This document shows, piece after piece, positions 10,621 through 19,642 of a stretch of DNA of 64,000 nucleotides. Both the position numbers and the translations under genes were made by a program. Under the pieces are notes generated by a model. It saw only the letters and a program-made list of their open reading frames with translations. It had not been told where the DNA came from and ran no database searches. Numbering within the stretch: the first letter of the stretch is position 1; every line of letters begins with the position of its first letter. This DNA comes from Sedimentisphaerales bacterium (lineage in GTDB: Bacteria; Planctomycetota; Phycisphaerae; Sedimentisphaerales; SM23-30), in the NCBI GenBank assembly GCA_963666285.1, contig OY762711.1; one strand, given 5' to 3'.

Positions 10621-12152
10621 TTCTAACTCTTCTCATAATTCAGGTGCAGCAATTTTGGTATGAACTTTTCTTACGCGACAGCTTTAAAATAAGTTGTGAG
10701 CGACAGCGAATTATTCCTGATGTCAACGTACATCAGGACACCTCAATTCTTCACCCGCTTGCGACATGCGAAGCATACTTAACTTTTCGTTTTTCACTCA
10801 ATTATCTGGTCTGCCCACAATCCAAAAAAAACAACTTACGTCAATCTCCGTAAATTTCTCAACCCGTCGTTATCCTTACCGCACCCGTTATAACATCTCC
10901 GCACTCTTCAATTTCATTCCGTTTTTTTAACTCTTCCTTCACCTAAATACTCTCACTTATAAATCAATTAGCCTTGCCAAACCCGTTTAAAAAAGGTCGC
11001 GCAGCGACACCTTCACATCATTGGACAAGTCCAATGATGTGCCAGAGTGCGTAGCACGTATTTATCTTCCTCCTGTTCTACTGTTCTACTGCTCATCTGC
11101 TCTAAGCTCTAAGCTCTAACGACCTTCCGTCGCTCGGCGTAGTCGTATAAAACAAGCTGTCCGCGAAGCGGATACCATAATTTTTCACTTTTAATTATTC
11201 AGTTTTTATTGAGCGTTGTTTATATTAAAGACGAAGTTTTCGTCGTTGTTATGTTTTATCGAGAGCTGATTTTTGCTGGTTCTCATTTTTTGTCGGCTCT
11301 CTACAATTGGACGGTATGTCGAAAGTGCGCTGATTTTTTTAGTGGTCGTGTTGGTTTGGAAGATTGTAAGGTGTTTGTAGTAAGCGGGATAAAATTTTTT
11401 GGAATTATAGATTTTCGCGATTTGGTTGATGTAAAAACGCGGTGATTTTTTCTTTGAAAAAATCAAGTGAAGAATTGCGGTGTCGCTTCGCGACGGCTAA
11501 TTAATGGGTGACGGGAGGTGTGCGGCATATATACGGGGAAGCGCGGCGGGTGGACGGAGGTGAAAAGGCAAATGGATTTGAACGGCGGTGAATTGCGGTA
11601 AACGGACAGTATACGGCGGAGCGTTGAATGGGTGCGGCGGTATACAGACGGGAACGAAGCGGAGACGCGATGAGCTACGCTAAATGAAAAATGAATAATT
11701 AAAAGTGAAAAATTAAGGTGTTCGCCTGGCGGCTCACGGCTTGTTTAAAATTAGAACAGATGACAGTAGAACAGGCAATCAGCAGCGAGCTACGAGCGGC
11801 CAGCTGTCAGGAAATACGTGCTACGCACTCTGGCACATCATTGGACAAGTCCAATGATGTGAAGGTATCGCCTAGCGGCGGAGCTAATTTAACATGCTAA
11901 CGCATATGTGGGGTAGGTTAGCGATAATTGACTAGTGGGTCGGGGAGGAGGTGTGGCGGAGGAAGAAATTTACCGAGATTTGTCGTAATTTGTTATTTTT
12001 GGGTTTTGGGCGGACCAGATAATTGAGTGAAGAACGAAGAACTAAGAGTGAAGAATTGAGGTGTTCGCCTAACGGCTCACGGTTTGTTTTAAGGCTGTCG
12101 CGTAGGTAAAGTTCAATCAAAATTGCGGCACCTGAAGGATGAGAAGAGTTAG
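10621..12152. repeat. Nested imperfect inverted repeat of modular REP-like units (A-B-C-D / D'-C'-B'-A')
   Basis: Reverse-complement pairs: A 10621-10692 / 12086-12152; B 10793-10859 / 11964-12031; C 11011-11063 / 11812-11864; D 11178-11201 / 11692-11715. Confidence 0.8.
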
Positions 12153-12312
12153 AAGAAAGAAGTGAGAGTTTTAAACCGGTTCGTTCAGGACATGGGTAAC
12201 GGTTGAGTGTCAATACATAGGTAAAATAGCTTATGTTTTTGAAATATTATTATCAAGACAATAGACATTACAGTATAATAGCAAACTTAGTGCCAAACAG
12301 GTTTGGGACGGC
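12106..12312 (+). repeat. Direct repeat copy 1 (IS481-like end plus sigma54-like motif)
   Basis: Near-identical to 17624-17844: gtaaagttcaatcaaaattgcggcacctgaa...gttcaggacatgggtaacggttgagtgtcaatacataggtaaa...gcaaacttagtgccaaacaggtttggga. Confidence 0.9.
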
Positions 12313-12663
12313 CACTATAATTTCTCTGCCAGGAAGAAAAAAATATTATGAAAATGCCAAGAAAAATAAATAAACAATTTGAAAAAGTTCTTTTATTACT
12401 TTGTTGTGAAGAGGCTCAACTTTGTGTTCTATTTTTTTTGATAATAATAGACTCGATAGTTAGTTTATTTACTGTAACAAATTATAGGTATTTTATCATA
12501 ATCTTTCTATTTTATAGTATTTTTTGTTATTATATAAAAAAGAGTTATTTAAAAGATATATGTCTGTCTGAAAACCTTTTGTTTTTCTATAGTTTTATGC
12601 AAAAATTTTTATTTGTAACTCTTTGTTTGATATCAATTATTGGCATGTTTTTTACTATTTAAC

Positions 12664-12848
12664 AAGATGGTATTTAAGGTGTCCGGCGTCTACCAGAAAA
12701 TAATTTAGATGAGGTGATATTATTCTACGCAAACCCTACTGATATGCAATAGTGTGTTTCATGTTCTAGTGAATCATAACCTTATAATATTTATACTATT
12801 GCAGGAGTTGTTGGTAGTTATTTGAATAAAGGAATTGTAGTAAAATGA
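12664..12848 (+). pseudogene. Highly decayed Rhs/toxin-tip remnant
   Basis: NNLDEVILF resembles DNFLDEVLL at 15277; short frame PYNIYTIAGVVGSYLNKGIVVK* ends in an ATGA overlap with the ankyrin gene. Confidence 0.35.
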
Positions 12849-13960
12849 ATATAATTAAAGTAATAGCAGTTTTAATTTGTTTTCATTATTCTTGTTGGAG
12901 TCAAGCAATTCAATTAGAAGATGTTGATTCTTTGTTTGAAAATATTGGTAATAAGGTTGCGATTTCAACTAAGTTTCCTATTAAAGAGGAACTTAAAAGG
13001 CTCAGTGAGTATTATCCAGACCTTGTTGTTCAAGAGAAAGTAATGAATAATGTTTCTGGATATTTGTGTTATTTAGGAATTATTTACTCTCTTGATAAGC
13101 ATGGAATCAATGGGGGAACTTTACGTGAATGCAACAAAGATTTATGGCCGAATCTTGGCTTTGAAATAAGTGATGAATTTTCTCTCTTTGGTGACTATGA
13201 TATCGAATTGTCCATGGGGATTAAATCAAAAGCTATTGTGCCAAGTTTCAAAAATAACTGTGGCAATAATACTGCCGAATATACTCGCATGTTAAACGCT
13301 TATCTTATTGATGTTTACAAAGGAAGATCATGTATTGACTTTTGGAATAAATATATATCCAGGAATCATAATAGCATCGATGATTGGAGGGTTGATGGTT
13401 TACCTGAGTATGATATATCTCTTTGTTATGCTTGTTTTATCGGAAAAATAGATTTAGTAGAAAAAATTCTAAATAAGGGAGCTAAACCTGAAGATTACAT
13501 GCTAAACCGTTATGATTATATTCCTTTTTCAATTCAAATAGCCGCCCAAAAAGGATTTGATGAAATATTGGCTTTACTTCTTAATAAAACACCATCGAAT
13601 GTTCTGGAAAACCATAAAATAAAATATATTGATTTTACATACTTGAATAATAGGATATCCTTTTCTCCAGTCATTTCCGCAGCTGCAAATGGAAACTTAA
13701 GCTGTCTTGAAGTTTTAAGTGATTTTGGTTTTTACTTAAATATAAAAAATACTTTTGGAAATACAGCACTACATCGTGCTGTTAGAATGAATCGGAAAGA
13801 GGTTGTGAAATATTTAATAGATAATGATCTAGATCCACTTGAAAAAAATATGAAAGGTGAAACATCAATAGATATTGCTAAAAAATATAATGTCGATGGT
13901 GAAATACTTGAGATGTTGATTGGTTCGAGAGTGCAGTTGAAGGAGTCCACATCCGATTAG
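12845..13960 (+). CDS. Exported ankyrin-repeat protein, candidate immunity protein
   Basis: Signal peptide; SIQIAAQKG, PVISAAANGN, GNTALHRAV, GETSIDIA; AT-rich. Confidence 0.8.
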   Translation: MNIIKVIAVLICFHYSCWSQAIQLEDVDSLFENIGNKVAISTKFPIKEELKRLSEYYPDLVVQEKVMNNVSGYLCYLGIIYSLDKHGINGGTLRECNKDLWPNLGFEISDEFSLFGDYDIELSMGIKSKAIVPSFKNNCGNNTAEYTRMLNAYLIDVYKGRSCIDFWNKYISRNHNSIDDWRVDGLPEYDISLCYACFIGKIDLVEKILNKGAKPEDYMLNRYDYIPFSIQIAAQKGFDEILALLLNKTPSNVLENHKIKYIDFTYLNNRISFSPVISAAANGNLSCLEVLSDFGFYLNIKNTFGNTALHRAVRMNRKEVVKYLIDNDLDPLEKNMKGETSIDIAKKYNVDGEILEMLIGSRVQLKESTSD

Positions 13961-13981
13961 GCGTAAATTTGGCTATCATAA

Positions 13982-14329
13982 GAGACCAAAACCCGTTATT
14001 ATTATAATGGCCGGCAGCTGCTGCTTGAGGAAGTTAAGGATTCAGCGGATGTTGTATCAGGCCGAGAATATGTTTCCGGTAATGACTTGGATGATGCTTG
14101 TACAGAGGCAAAGGCATATGCGGCATCTAGTCAATGTTTATCTTACGTTGCGGAAAAATATCGTAGTTCGCGCCCTATAAATGCCCGTTTATCATCGGAG
14201 GAGCAGGGAGTATACGATGAATTAATGCGTGCTTCTATGGATGATTTTCAAGCCGCCGTTAACAATAAACAGAAATGTGAATTATATCAATTAAATCCTG
14301 ATTTGGTGGAGCCTTTAAAATCGAGGTAA
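13982..14329 (+). pseudogene. Rhs core fragment fused in frame to a toxin-tip fragment
   Basis: Start-less frame ETKTRYYYNGRQLLLEE...REYVSGNDLD then DACTEAKAYAASSQCL... Confidence 0.65.
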
Positions 14330-14334
14330 ACATA

Positions 14335-15198
14335 ATGTCATATTTTAAATTGCTAATAACAATATTGTTTTGTATTGAAGTATTTTTTTTAGAGGGGTGT
14401 AGTGTATCCAATTTTTACAGTAAAGCTGAATTTGAAATTGTATTAGCTAAATATCATAGTTTAATTGACAATGAAATTAGTGTAAGTAAAATTAGTGGAA
14501 ATTGGGATAGCGACTTTATTATATTAAATAATAAAAAAAATGTGGATTCACCTTCAACGAGAGGGATTTTCAGCATAGAAATTATTCCTGATATAGATGT
14601 TTTTTGCAATGGGTGTAAAAATGCTTGTGTTAATAATATTAAACTATGTATATGGGAAAATGGAGATGTATTCTGGAGTAACCGAACAAATACATTTTAC
14701 ACTAATATTGGCAAAGAAGTAGTTAGTCTGTGGCATGAATGTTTAGATAAGAAAAAACTCTTTTCTGGTAAATTTTCATCAATACAGTATTATGGGGATA
14801 AAATCAACAATAACTTTCTTCACTTTTATAGAATTTCCATACGTAATAGTAATGAATTTGTATCTATTGGTTTGGTTTGTGAATGGTGGAATGATACATT
14901 TTTTACCGGCAATATGAAGACTCATAAAACTGAATTTGTTTACGATAATGATATAAAATGGAATAATATTATATCATTTTTGAATTCCATTAATTTGAAT
15001 GAGCAAGATGTTTATGTTTTAGATAATGATAAAGATTTTTGGATAAAAAATGTTGCATTTTATAATTTATTGCCATATCCAATGTTTTGGATAAATCCAA
15101 AATTAAATAGTGGATATTGTAAATGGAATGAGGCTGTTGAGCGAAAATGGCTTGATAATCAATTGAGTTTTGAGCTAAGCAGGCAATTTCCGCAATAG
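14335..15198 (+). CDS. Lipoprotein, candidate immunity protein (paralog of 16506-17390)
   Basis: Lipobox-like LEGC; shares CIWENGDVFW, R(I/V)SIR, WW, VYVL, NLLPYP with 16506; starts 5 nt after the toxin-tip stop. Confidence 0.7.
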   Translation: MSYFKLLITILFCIEVFFLEGCSVSNFYSKAEFEIVLAKYHSLIDNEISVSKISGNWDSDFIILNNKKNVDSPSTRGIFSIEIIPDIDVFCNGCKNACVNNIKLCIWENGDVFWSNRTNTFYTNIGKEVVSLWHECLDKKKLFSGKFSSIQYYGDKINNNFLHFYRISIRNSNEFVSIGLVCEWWNDTFFTGNMKTHKTEFVYDNDIKWNNIISFLNSINLNEQDVYVLDNDKDFWIKNVAFYNLLPYPMFWINPKLNSGYCKWNEAVERKWLDNQLSFELSRQFPQ

Positions 15199-15254
15199 GC
15201 AAATAAGTATCCGACTGTAAATAATTGCATTTTAATTGATTTAGATCCAGAAAT

Positions 15255-16405
15255 TTGGTTAAAAATAATGTTTACGATAACTTTCTGGATGAGGTTCTGT
15301 TACATAGGGCTACTGACGGAACTGAAGTCAGGTATTACCTGCACGATCATTTGAACAGTCCGGCAGCGTTAGCTGAATGTACAGAAGAGCATGAACAACA
15401 CCATGTAAGTGATGAAGGAAGATATATGAGAGCGCCAAGCGAAGCTAATGTAGTCAAGCCGGCCAATCCGGCATGGGTAAGGGCTAGCCACCCGCCCATT
15501 ACAGCACCGGGCGTGCAGAGAGGTAACGAACTGTACGAAGCCCCGGGAAAGGAGTTTGTCAGCCACAACGCAAGTGAAGGTGTTGAGCCCCGAAATTATT
15601 CCTTATCGCATCCGGGCCAGGGTTTTCATATGCCTGAAGCCAATATCGATATATGCGAAATACGGCGAGCATCTATCGACGAGCCGGGGTCTGAGTCCGT
15701 AGCGGGCAAACGAACTGACTGCATTGGAACTTGGGAGAACCGAAGTGCTCCGAAAGGAAGCGGCCAAGGAGCTGAAACCGTGACGCGGCCGTATGGCATT
15801 TTGGTAGTCGGACTGACTCATAGTAGAGGAGTAAACAGGGTAATGCCTGTTGAGTTTCGAAGTTTGAGGCACTCGAAGGGGTCAGCATTAATGTGTAAAG
15901 GCGAAACAGGATATTGGCCAGGCACTGAACTGGAAGAAACCATGAACGTTCCACAGCGTCTTCTATCGGAGACTTCTACAAGGCACATTACTTTGCCTTA
16001 TGTAGCCGTCAAAGTGAGCATTAATGAAGAGCCGGATGAGGGAAATCTTCAAGTCCGGTTCAGTGAGGGGCATGCGTTTCCTTGCACAAAATATAATGAA
16101 ACTCAGAATTTGTTAAATTAATGAAAGGAGGCGACATGCCTACTCGACACTGTTTAGGCCAAGACCCGAACCCAAGAAAAGGAAATAATAGGGAAAGAGC
16201 GTATTCAGACGCATGTTCTGAGGCAGGAGCATTCGATGCGAGTTATCAATGCCTCATGAAAAATGCTGTACTTGCAAGAGAGCTAGGAATTAGCGATGAG
16301 GTAATAGAACGTTTGGAAGCTCAAGCAAATCTAGATTCTAAACAAAGTAGTAGGCAAGCAACAAGATGTAGGCAGATGGGAGAAAGATATGGTTATAACT
16401 GGTGA
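15255..16405 (+). pseudogene. Orphan Rhs fragment plus HExxH toxin tip, split by a group II intron (exons 15255-15429 and 16149-16405)
   Basis: DNFLDEVLL...YYLHDHLNSPAAL (Rhs core); CTEEHEQHH; joined exons read GRYM-N-CLGQD...DACSEAGAFDASYQCL in frame. Confidence 0.7.
15430..16148 (+). mobile_element. ORF-less group II intron, 719 nt
   Basis: 5' GAGCG (canonical GUGYG); DV gagccggatgagggaaatcttcaagtccggttc 16029-16061; DVI gagggg...cctActcgac with bulged A16142 and AC end; candidate EBS1 tcatat 15626-15631 complementary to exon end atatga 15424-15429. Confidence 0.88.
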
Positions 16406-16505
16406 GAATTGTACTTGATTTTTCTACTCATGTTTTTGGATATGGAAATATGAAAACTTGAACATTAAACATAAGTACGGCAAGCTAAGGAATTAATAAT
16501 AAATT

Positions 16506-17390
16506 ATGAAATATATCATTGTGGCTACATTTAGTATTATTTTATTATCTGGTTGCAACAAGCCAGAAACAATGCAATTGTTATCAGAGTATCAGAGTGC
16601 CTTTTCTCCAGATTATTGTTCAGCAATTAAGTTAGACTTGACATATTTTGATAACCAATCGCTAATTCAAATGGCTTCAGAGTCAAAAATACCAAATATT
16701 AAATATTATGATTTTTTTGCGTTGGAAATATTGGACAAACATAACTCAAAATCCCCAAATAAAATACCTAATTTAGACAAGTTACTCTTACCAGACACGA
16801 GGGTACCTTCTAATTTAGACAAGTTGCTCTTACCTGACACAAGGGCGATTATCGAGATTGCAGTTAACTGTAGTAACCATTGTTACAATCATTGCAGTTG
16901 CAATGGTTCTGTCGGTTGGCCAAGAGTTTGCATATGGGAGAATGGGGATGTATTTTGGAATCTCAATCGTTATGTTTTTTATTTTAAATTAGAAAGAGAA
17001 ATAGTTAATAAATTTCACAAAATAATTCAATCATCGAATTTATTTGACAAATGCAATAAGGATTTATTTGTTTATTGCGATGAGAAATTTCCTGACTCAT
17101 TTTACAATAGAGTTTCAATAAGGTTGGATGATAAATTTATATCTTTGTGTTCCTTCTCTTCTTGGTGGAAAAACGGTTTCTTTTCTCCGAATCTCTATAA
17201 AGATTGTTATTACATAAGCAAGCCAGAAGTTGATATCTTATATGATTTGGGAGAAATTTTAGCTGACATAGATTTGTCAAAATATGAGGTTTATGTATTA
17301 TATTTAGATAATCAAAAAAGTTTTTGGTGGGATAAAATAGGTTCGCGAAACTTATTACCATACCCAACTATTACGTGTCTTACTCAATAA
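16506..17390 (+). CDS. Lipoprotein, candidate immunity protein
   Basis: Lipobox LLSGC; paralog of 14335; internal 42-bp tandem duplication. Confidence 0.72.
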   Translation: MKYIIVATFSIILLSGCNKPETMQLLSEYQSAFSPDYCSAIKLDLTYFDNQSLIQMASESKIPNIKYYDFFALEILDKHNSKSPNKIPNLDKLLLPDTRVPSNLDKLLLPDTRAIIEIAVNCSNHCYNHCSCNGSVGWPRVCIWENGDVFWNLNRYVFYFKLEREIVNKFHKIIQSSNLFDKCNKDLFVYCDEKFPDSFYNRVSIRLDDKFISLCSFSSWWKNGFFSPNLYKDCYYISKPEVDILYDLGEILADIDLSKYEVYVLYLDNQKSFWWDKIGSRNLLPYPTITCLTQ

Positions 17391-17623
17391 TGTGTGTCAC
17401 GAAGGTAAGTGAAGGGTGCGGGGATATAAGAATGAGGGTATGGCGGGTTGCGGTGGTAGTGCGGCGGGGAGGGGATTTTGCGAAATTTGGCGTAAGTTGT
17501 TATTTTTGGAGATTGGGCGGACCAGACAGGTGCCGCTATGCGACAAGTGAAGAGTGAAGAATGAAGAGTGATGAGTTGCGGTGTCCGCATTCGCGGACGA
17601 CTTATTTTAAAGCTGGCGCAGGA

Positions 17624-17844
17624 GTAAAGTTCAATCAAAATTGCGGCACCTGAACTCTGAGAAGAGTTAGAAGAAAGAAGCGAGAAGTGAGAAGTGAGAG
17701 TTTTAAACCGGTTCGTTCAGGACATGGGTAACGGTTGAGTGTCAATACATAGGTAAAATAGCTTATGTTTTTGAAATAATACTATCAAGACAAAAGACAT
17801 TGCAGTACAATAGCAAACTTAGTGCCAAACAGGTTTGGGATGGC
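17624..17844 (+). repeat. Direct repeat copy 2, preceded by further B'/A' module copies (17480-17700)
   Basis: Near-identical to 12106-12312. Confidence 0.9.
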
Positions 17845-17880
17845 TCACTTTGAATCCTTTCTTTTGGCAGTGCTGTTTGG

Positions 17881-19005
17881 TTAAAATGGAATTTCATTAT
17901 CTACTATTGGTTCATCGTAGCGTTTGATTGAATCAAGTCGTGTTTGCAAATTAGCAATAAAGATTTTTTGTTTTTCAAGTGAAGAAGTTTTTAATAGGTG
18001 TAGAAAAGATTTGATTTGGTTAACCGGAAACTTTGAGTTTCTTTCAAAATAATATCTACCATCTACAAAGCATCTTACAATATGTGGGGAATAAGGGACG
18101 TATTCTTCTAAGATCATTTTTCGGTACGCATCTTCGAGTTTTTTTAATATTTGAGGTATATCATCATAGTATTTTGCTCCTTTTTCAATTCTTGATATAC
18201 AACATAATAGAGAATCAGCGAAAAATCTATAAGATAATTTCTCATTTTCATTGAAATCAATTTCTAAAAACATATTGCTATTAATACTCTTTTCAATGTC
18301 GAAAAAACTTTGTATTCTTGTGGCGTCATCTTTGTTACACATTTGTAGGAGTAATTTATTATATACAAAGGATTCTATATTGTTTTCAATAATAATTTGT
18401 TGGAATAATTTACCAATGAAATATATTTCAGTAGTGAAATCGTATAGAGCTGAATCAAATTCGTTTGGAGGTTCGCACCATGAATTCACACTTGTACTTT
18501 TATAATAATCTGTTATTTCTGTGATTTTTTTACTAAAGCCAAAATCAATTATTTTAACATTTCCATCAAATGTGATCATGATATTTGATCTGCGTATATC
18601 GCGGTGTAGAATTTTATTTTTTTCCAGGTGACTAAAACCGTCTATAACTTGAATGAAAATTTCATTAATTCTTTCTGGATTTTCACTAAGATAAGCTTCG
18701 AAGTCATCGCCGTCAATATGTTCCATAAGAATAAATCCAGCACACTGATCTGGATATAAAAAATAATTGAATACTCTAACAATATTAGTATGGTAAATCT
18801 GATGTAGTAATTTAATTTCTTGTCTAAATTTATTAAAAAGTAGTATTTTTTCTTCTTCGTTACTTGGTTGAAACTTTTTGCATACAAATCTTTCTTCAAT
18901 TAATGGATCATAAAGGAGGACTGTTTTACCGCATGCACCTTGCCCTAACTCTTTTATAAGTTCGAAGTCTTTAGCTCGTGTAAACTTGATTATATCATTT
19001 TCCAT
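17881..19005 (-). CDS. Stand-alone Hanks-type Ser/Thr protein kinase
   Basis: LGQGACGKT, VCKKF, HRDIRRSNI, IIDFG; AT-rich; C-terminus DNEIPF. Confidence 0.85.
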   Translation of the reverse strand: MENDIIKFTRAKDFELIKELGQGACGKTVLLYDPLIEERFVCKKFQPSNEEEKILLFNKFRQEIKLLHQIYHTNIVRVFNYFLYPDQCAGFILMEHIDGDDFEAYLSENPERINEIFIQVIDGFSHLEKNKILHRDIRRSNIMITFDGNVKIIDFGFSKKITEITDYYKSTSVNSWCEPPNEFDSALYDFTTEIYFIGKLFQQIIIENNIESFVYNKLLLQMCNKDDATRIQSFFDIEKSINSNMFLEIDFNENEKLSYRFFADSLLCCISRIEKGAKYYDDIPQILKKLEDAYRKMILEEYVPYSPHIVRCFVDGRYYFERNSKFPVNQIKSFLHLLKTSSLEKQKIFIANLQTRLDSIKRYDEPIVDNEIPF

Positions 19006-19040
19006 TTTATGTCCTAAGTCTCATGAAAATATTTGTTGAG

Positions 19041-19403
19041 TTATCCGCCGGCGAGTTTGACCTTGTAGCCAAGAGCTTCGAGTTCGGATTTGAGCCTGTC
19101 GCGGTTGTCGCCCTGGATCTCGATCGTACCGTTTTTGCATGTTCCGCCGGTTCCGCATTTGGTTTTGAGCCTGGTGGCGAGCTGTTTGAGTTCAGCTTCG
19201 GGTAGGGGGATGCCGGTGATAATGGATACGCCTTTGCCTTTGCGGCCCTTGGTTTGTCGGGCGATGCGTACAATGCCGTCAGTGGCGGGTATAAGCTTCG
19301 ATCCGGCCTTGCAAGAGCATTTGTCTTTTGGTTGGCCGCAGTCGGGGCACATTGTGCCGTGGTCGGTAGAATATACTAGTCCTGAGTTGTTGTTTCTGTT
19401 CAT
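19041..19403 (-). CDS. yciH: SUI1/eIF1-like translation factor YciH
   Basis: LVYSTD, KGRKGKGVS, LKTKCGTGGT, IEIQGD. Confidence 0.92.
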   Translation of the reverse strand: MNRNNNSGLVYSTDHGTMCPDCGQPKDKCSCKAGSKLIPATDGIVRIARQTKGRKGKGVSIITGIPLPEAELKQLATRLKTKCGTGGTCKNGTIEIQGDNRDRLKSELEALGYKVKLAGG

Positions 19404-19642
19404 TTGCGATATTTTAATGGAAATTGAGATATATGGCTACCTCAAAAATTTCATTTTGGGCCAGGGGCAGACGTCGATAATTCAGTAGTGAAGCAGGGGT
19501 GGTGTGTTTTTTGCGGAGAGGCTTGATGGTGAATATATGTCATGGAAAGATTTTGGCCGGTGAAGATTGCAGGGGGGAAAAGAAAAGGCGAATATGCGGT
19601 TTGCACATTCGCCTGTGGATATAATTAAAACTGGTGTAAGAG

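Noticed and set aside
9317..10663. 448-aa + strand ORF
   Set aside because: Antisense shadow of the IS701 transposase; no motifs, and it runs past the IS end
11206..11466. 86-aa ORF in the palindrome centre
   Set aside because: Low-complexity, no motifs or clear RBS; cannot be supported
10621..12320. Possible CRISPR array or integron attC array
   Set aside because: No regularly spaced identical repeats with unique spacers; no cas or intI genes; no convincing RYYYAAC/GTTRRRY sites
12348..12662. 104-aa hydrophobic ORF
   Set aside because: Composition explained by very T-rich intergenic DNA
15255..16121. 288-aa ORF as a single protein or intron-encoded RT
   Set aside because: Mostly read-through of intron RNA; no RT motifs (no YADD)
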